A stretch of DNA of 64,000 nucleotides from positions 1 through 64,000 of the forward strand of contig JALHPZ010000001.1 in assembly GCA_022842245.1 (NCBI GenBank), given 5' to 3'. Positions 63,190 to 64,000 of the stretch are shown here, in pieces (position 1 is the stretch's first letter; each line of letters begins with the position of its first letter). The translations under genes and the position numbers were made by a program. The notes under the pieces are model-generated. The model searched no databases and was not told the origin of the DNA. It was given only the letters and a program-made list of their open reading frames with translations. The stretch comes from Gemmataceae bacterium. Its GTDB lineage: Bacteria; Planctomycetota; Planctomycetia; Gemmatales; Gemmataceae.

Positions 63190-64000
63190 CATGAATAGCG
63201 ACGACTGGTGGAAGGGCGGGCGCGCCGACGCGATGCTGGACATCGTGGCGGAGCGGTTCACGCCTCGGCGGTGGCGGTTGTTGGGCACGGCGTGCCTGCG
63301 GCGCCGTTGGGACTTGCTGCCCGAGGGCGAACTGCGGGCCGCCGTGGAGGAGATCGAGGCCAACGCCGAGGCCCCGAGCGCGTCTTTTGCCGCGAACCGC
63401 CGAAAATCCATCGCCCGCGCACTGCCCGACCTGGTGGCGCAGGCCACCGCCGACACCGAATCTCTCGTGCGCGGCGCGGCGATGGACGCCGTGGCGGAAC
63501 CGAACCCCAACGCGCCGGCGCTGCCGTTATTCCTGGCGGCGGGGCGGTACGCGGCCTCGGCCGAGGCGCAGGCGGGTCGACCGGTCGAACTCGCCGCGGC
63601 CGCGGTCCTCGCGCTCTTGGACGAACCGGGACGCGACGCGACACTCCGCGCCGCGCAGGGGATCGAAGATGCGCTGGCCGCCCGCGTCGCCTGCGCCCGG
63701 GCGGTATCCACCGCCCTCCGATTGAAGCAGCAGGGCGACGAACTCGCCGACTCCGCCGCGAGCGCGAAGAACAAGCGGATCGAACTCGCGAAGGCCGAAG
63801 AGATCGTCCGTCGCACGCAGGAGCAGGACGACAACCGCCTGCTCGACGCCGACGGGGCGGACCGCGCCGCCCGCAAGGCGATCGCGCGATTCCTCCACGA
63901 ACTCGTCGGCGATCCCTTCAGCGATTACCGCTTTGAAGCGGCCTGGCGAACCGAGACCGTCACAAACCTCGCGCGGGCGATCGAGGCCGAAAGAGCCTTT
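63190..64000 (+). CDS. hypothetical Ala/Arg-rich helical protein, 3' partial, divergent from the tssK-like operon
   Basis: ATG 63190 (MNSDDWWKGGRADAMLDIVAERFTPRRWRLLGTACLRRRWDLL...). Open to the window end. Not in the supplied ORF list (no stop). Confidence 0.45.

Overview
High-GC (~65-70% by eye) bacterial chromosomal window, most likely from a Planctomycetota (Gemmata-like) genome. Supporting hallmarks: an adjacent DUF1549/DUF1553 (PSCyt/PSD1) + DUF1501 (Tat-signal) gene pair, a DUF11-repeat secreted protein, and many secreted or lipoproteins. Core housekeeping genes are clear: rpoB-rpoC (minus strand, separated by a perfect palindromic hairpin), sucC and sucD (unusually split by a lipoprotein gene), ispD, trmB, sppA, aspartate aminotransferase, ornithine cyclodeaminase, an ABC-2 transporter pair, a futalosine-pathway radical SAM enzyme, GT2 and GT4 glycosyltransferases, a CobW-like GTPase, and tRNA-Leu(UAG). 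Several AT-richer patches interrupt this backbone and look like accessory or horizontally acquired DNA. (1) 19.15-21.27 kb: an ImmA/IrrE (COG2856, HEXXH) Zn-peptidase gene translationally coupled to a class III nucleotidyl-cyclase-like gene. No XRE/HTH partner and no recognisable effector. This candidate CapP-regulated or Pycsar-like cyclic-nucleotide module is the top candidate for an undescribed system. (2) 59.2-63.1 kb: an orphan tssK-tssL(dotU)-tssM-like operon. The TssM homolog ends right after its last TM helix (no periplasmic domain) and has a degenerate Walker A. No sheath, tube or baseplate genes are nearby. (3) 5.6-6.15 kb: a toxin-antitoxin-like remnant (small acidic ORF with ATGA overlap into a frameshifted RelE/ParE-like frame). 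(4) 27.0-29.4 kb: an island with a 4-TM zinc-ribbon membrane protein, a coiled-coil protein and a frameshifted gene remnant. Other oddities: a phage terminase small-subunit homolog at the left edge; two paralogous DSP-type tyrosine phosphatases flanking tRNA-Leu; a tRNA-Gln(CUG)-like sequence with a broken acceptor stem; an SPFH/band-7 gene with a frameshift in a C4 run; a flavin-dependent-halogenase-like gene (GxGxxG, WxWxIP, FxxPxxSxG) next to cupin and amidohydrolase genes. No CRISPR array, no transposase or integrase and no rRNA were recognised. All calls are from reading the sequence and ORF translations; no database search was run.
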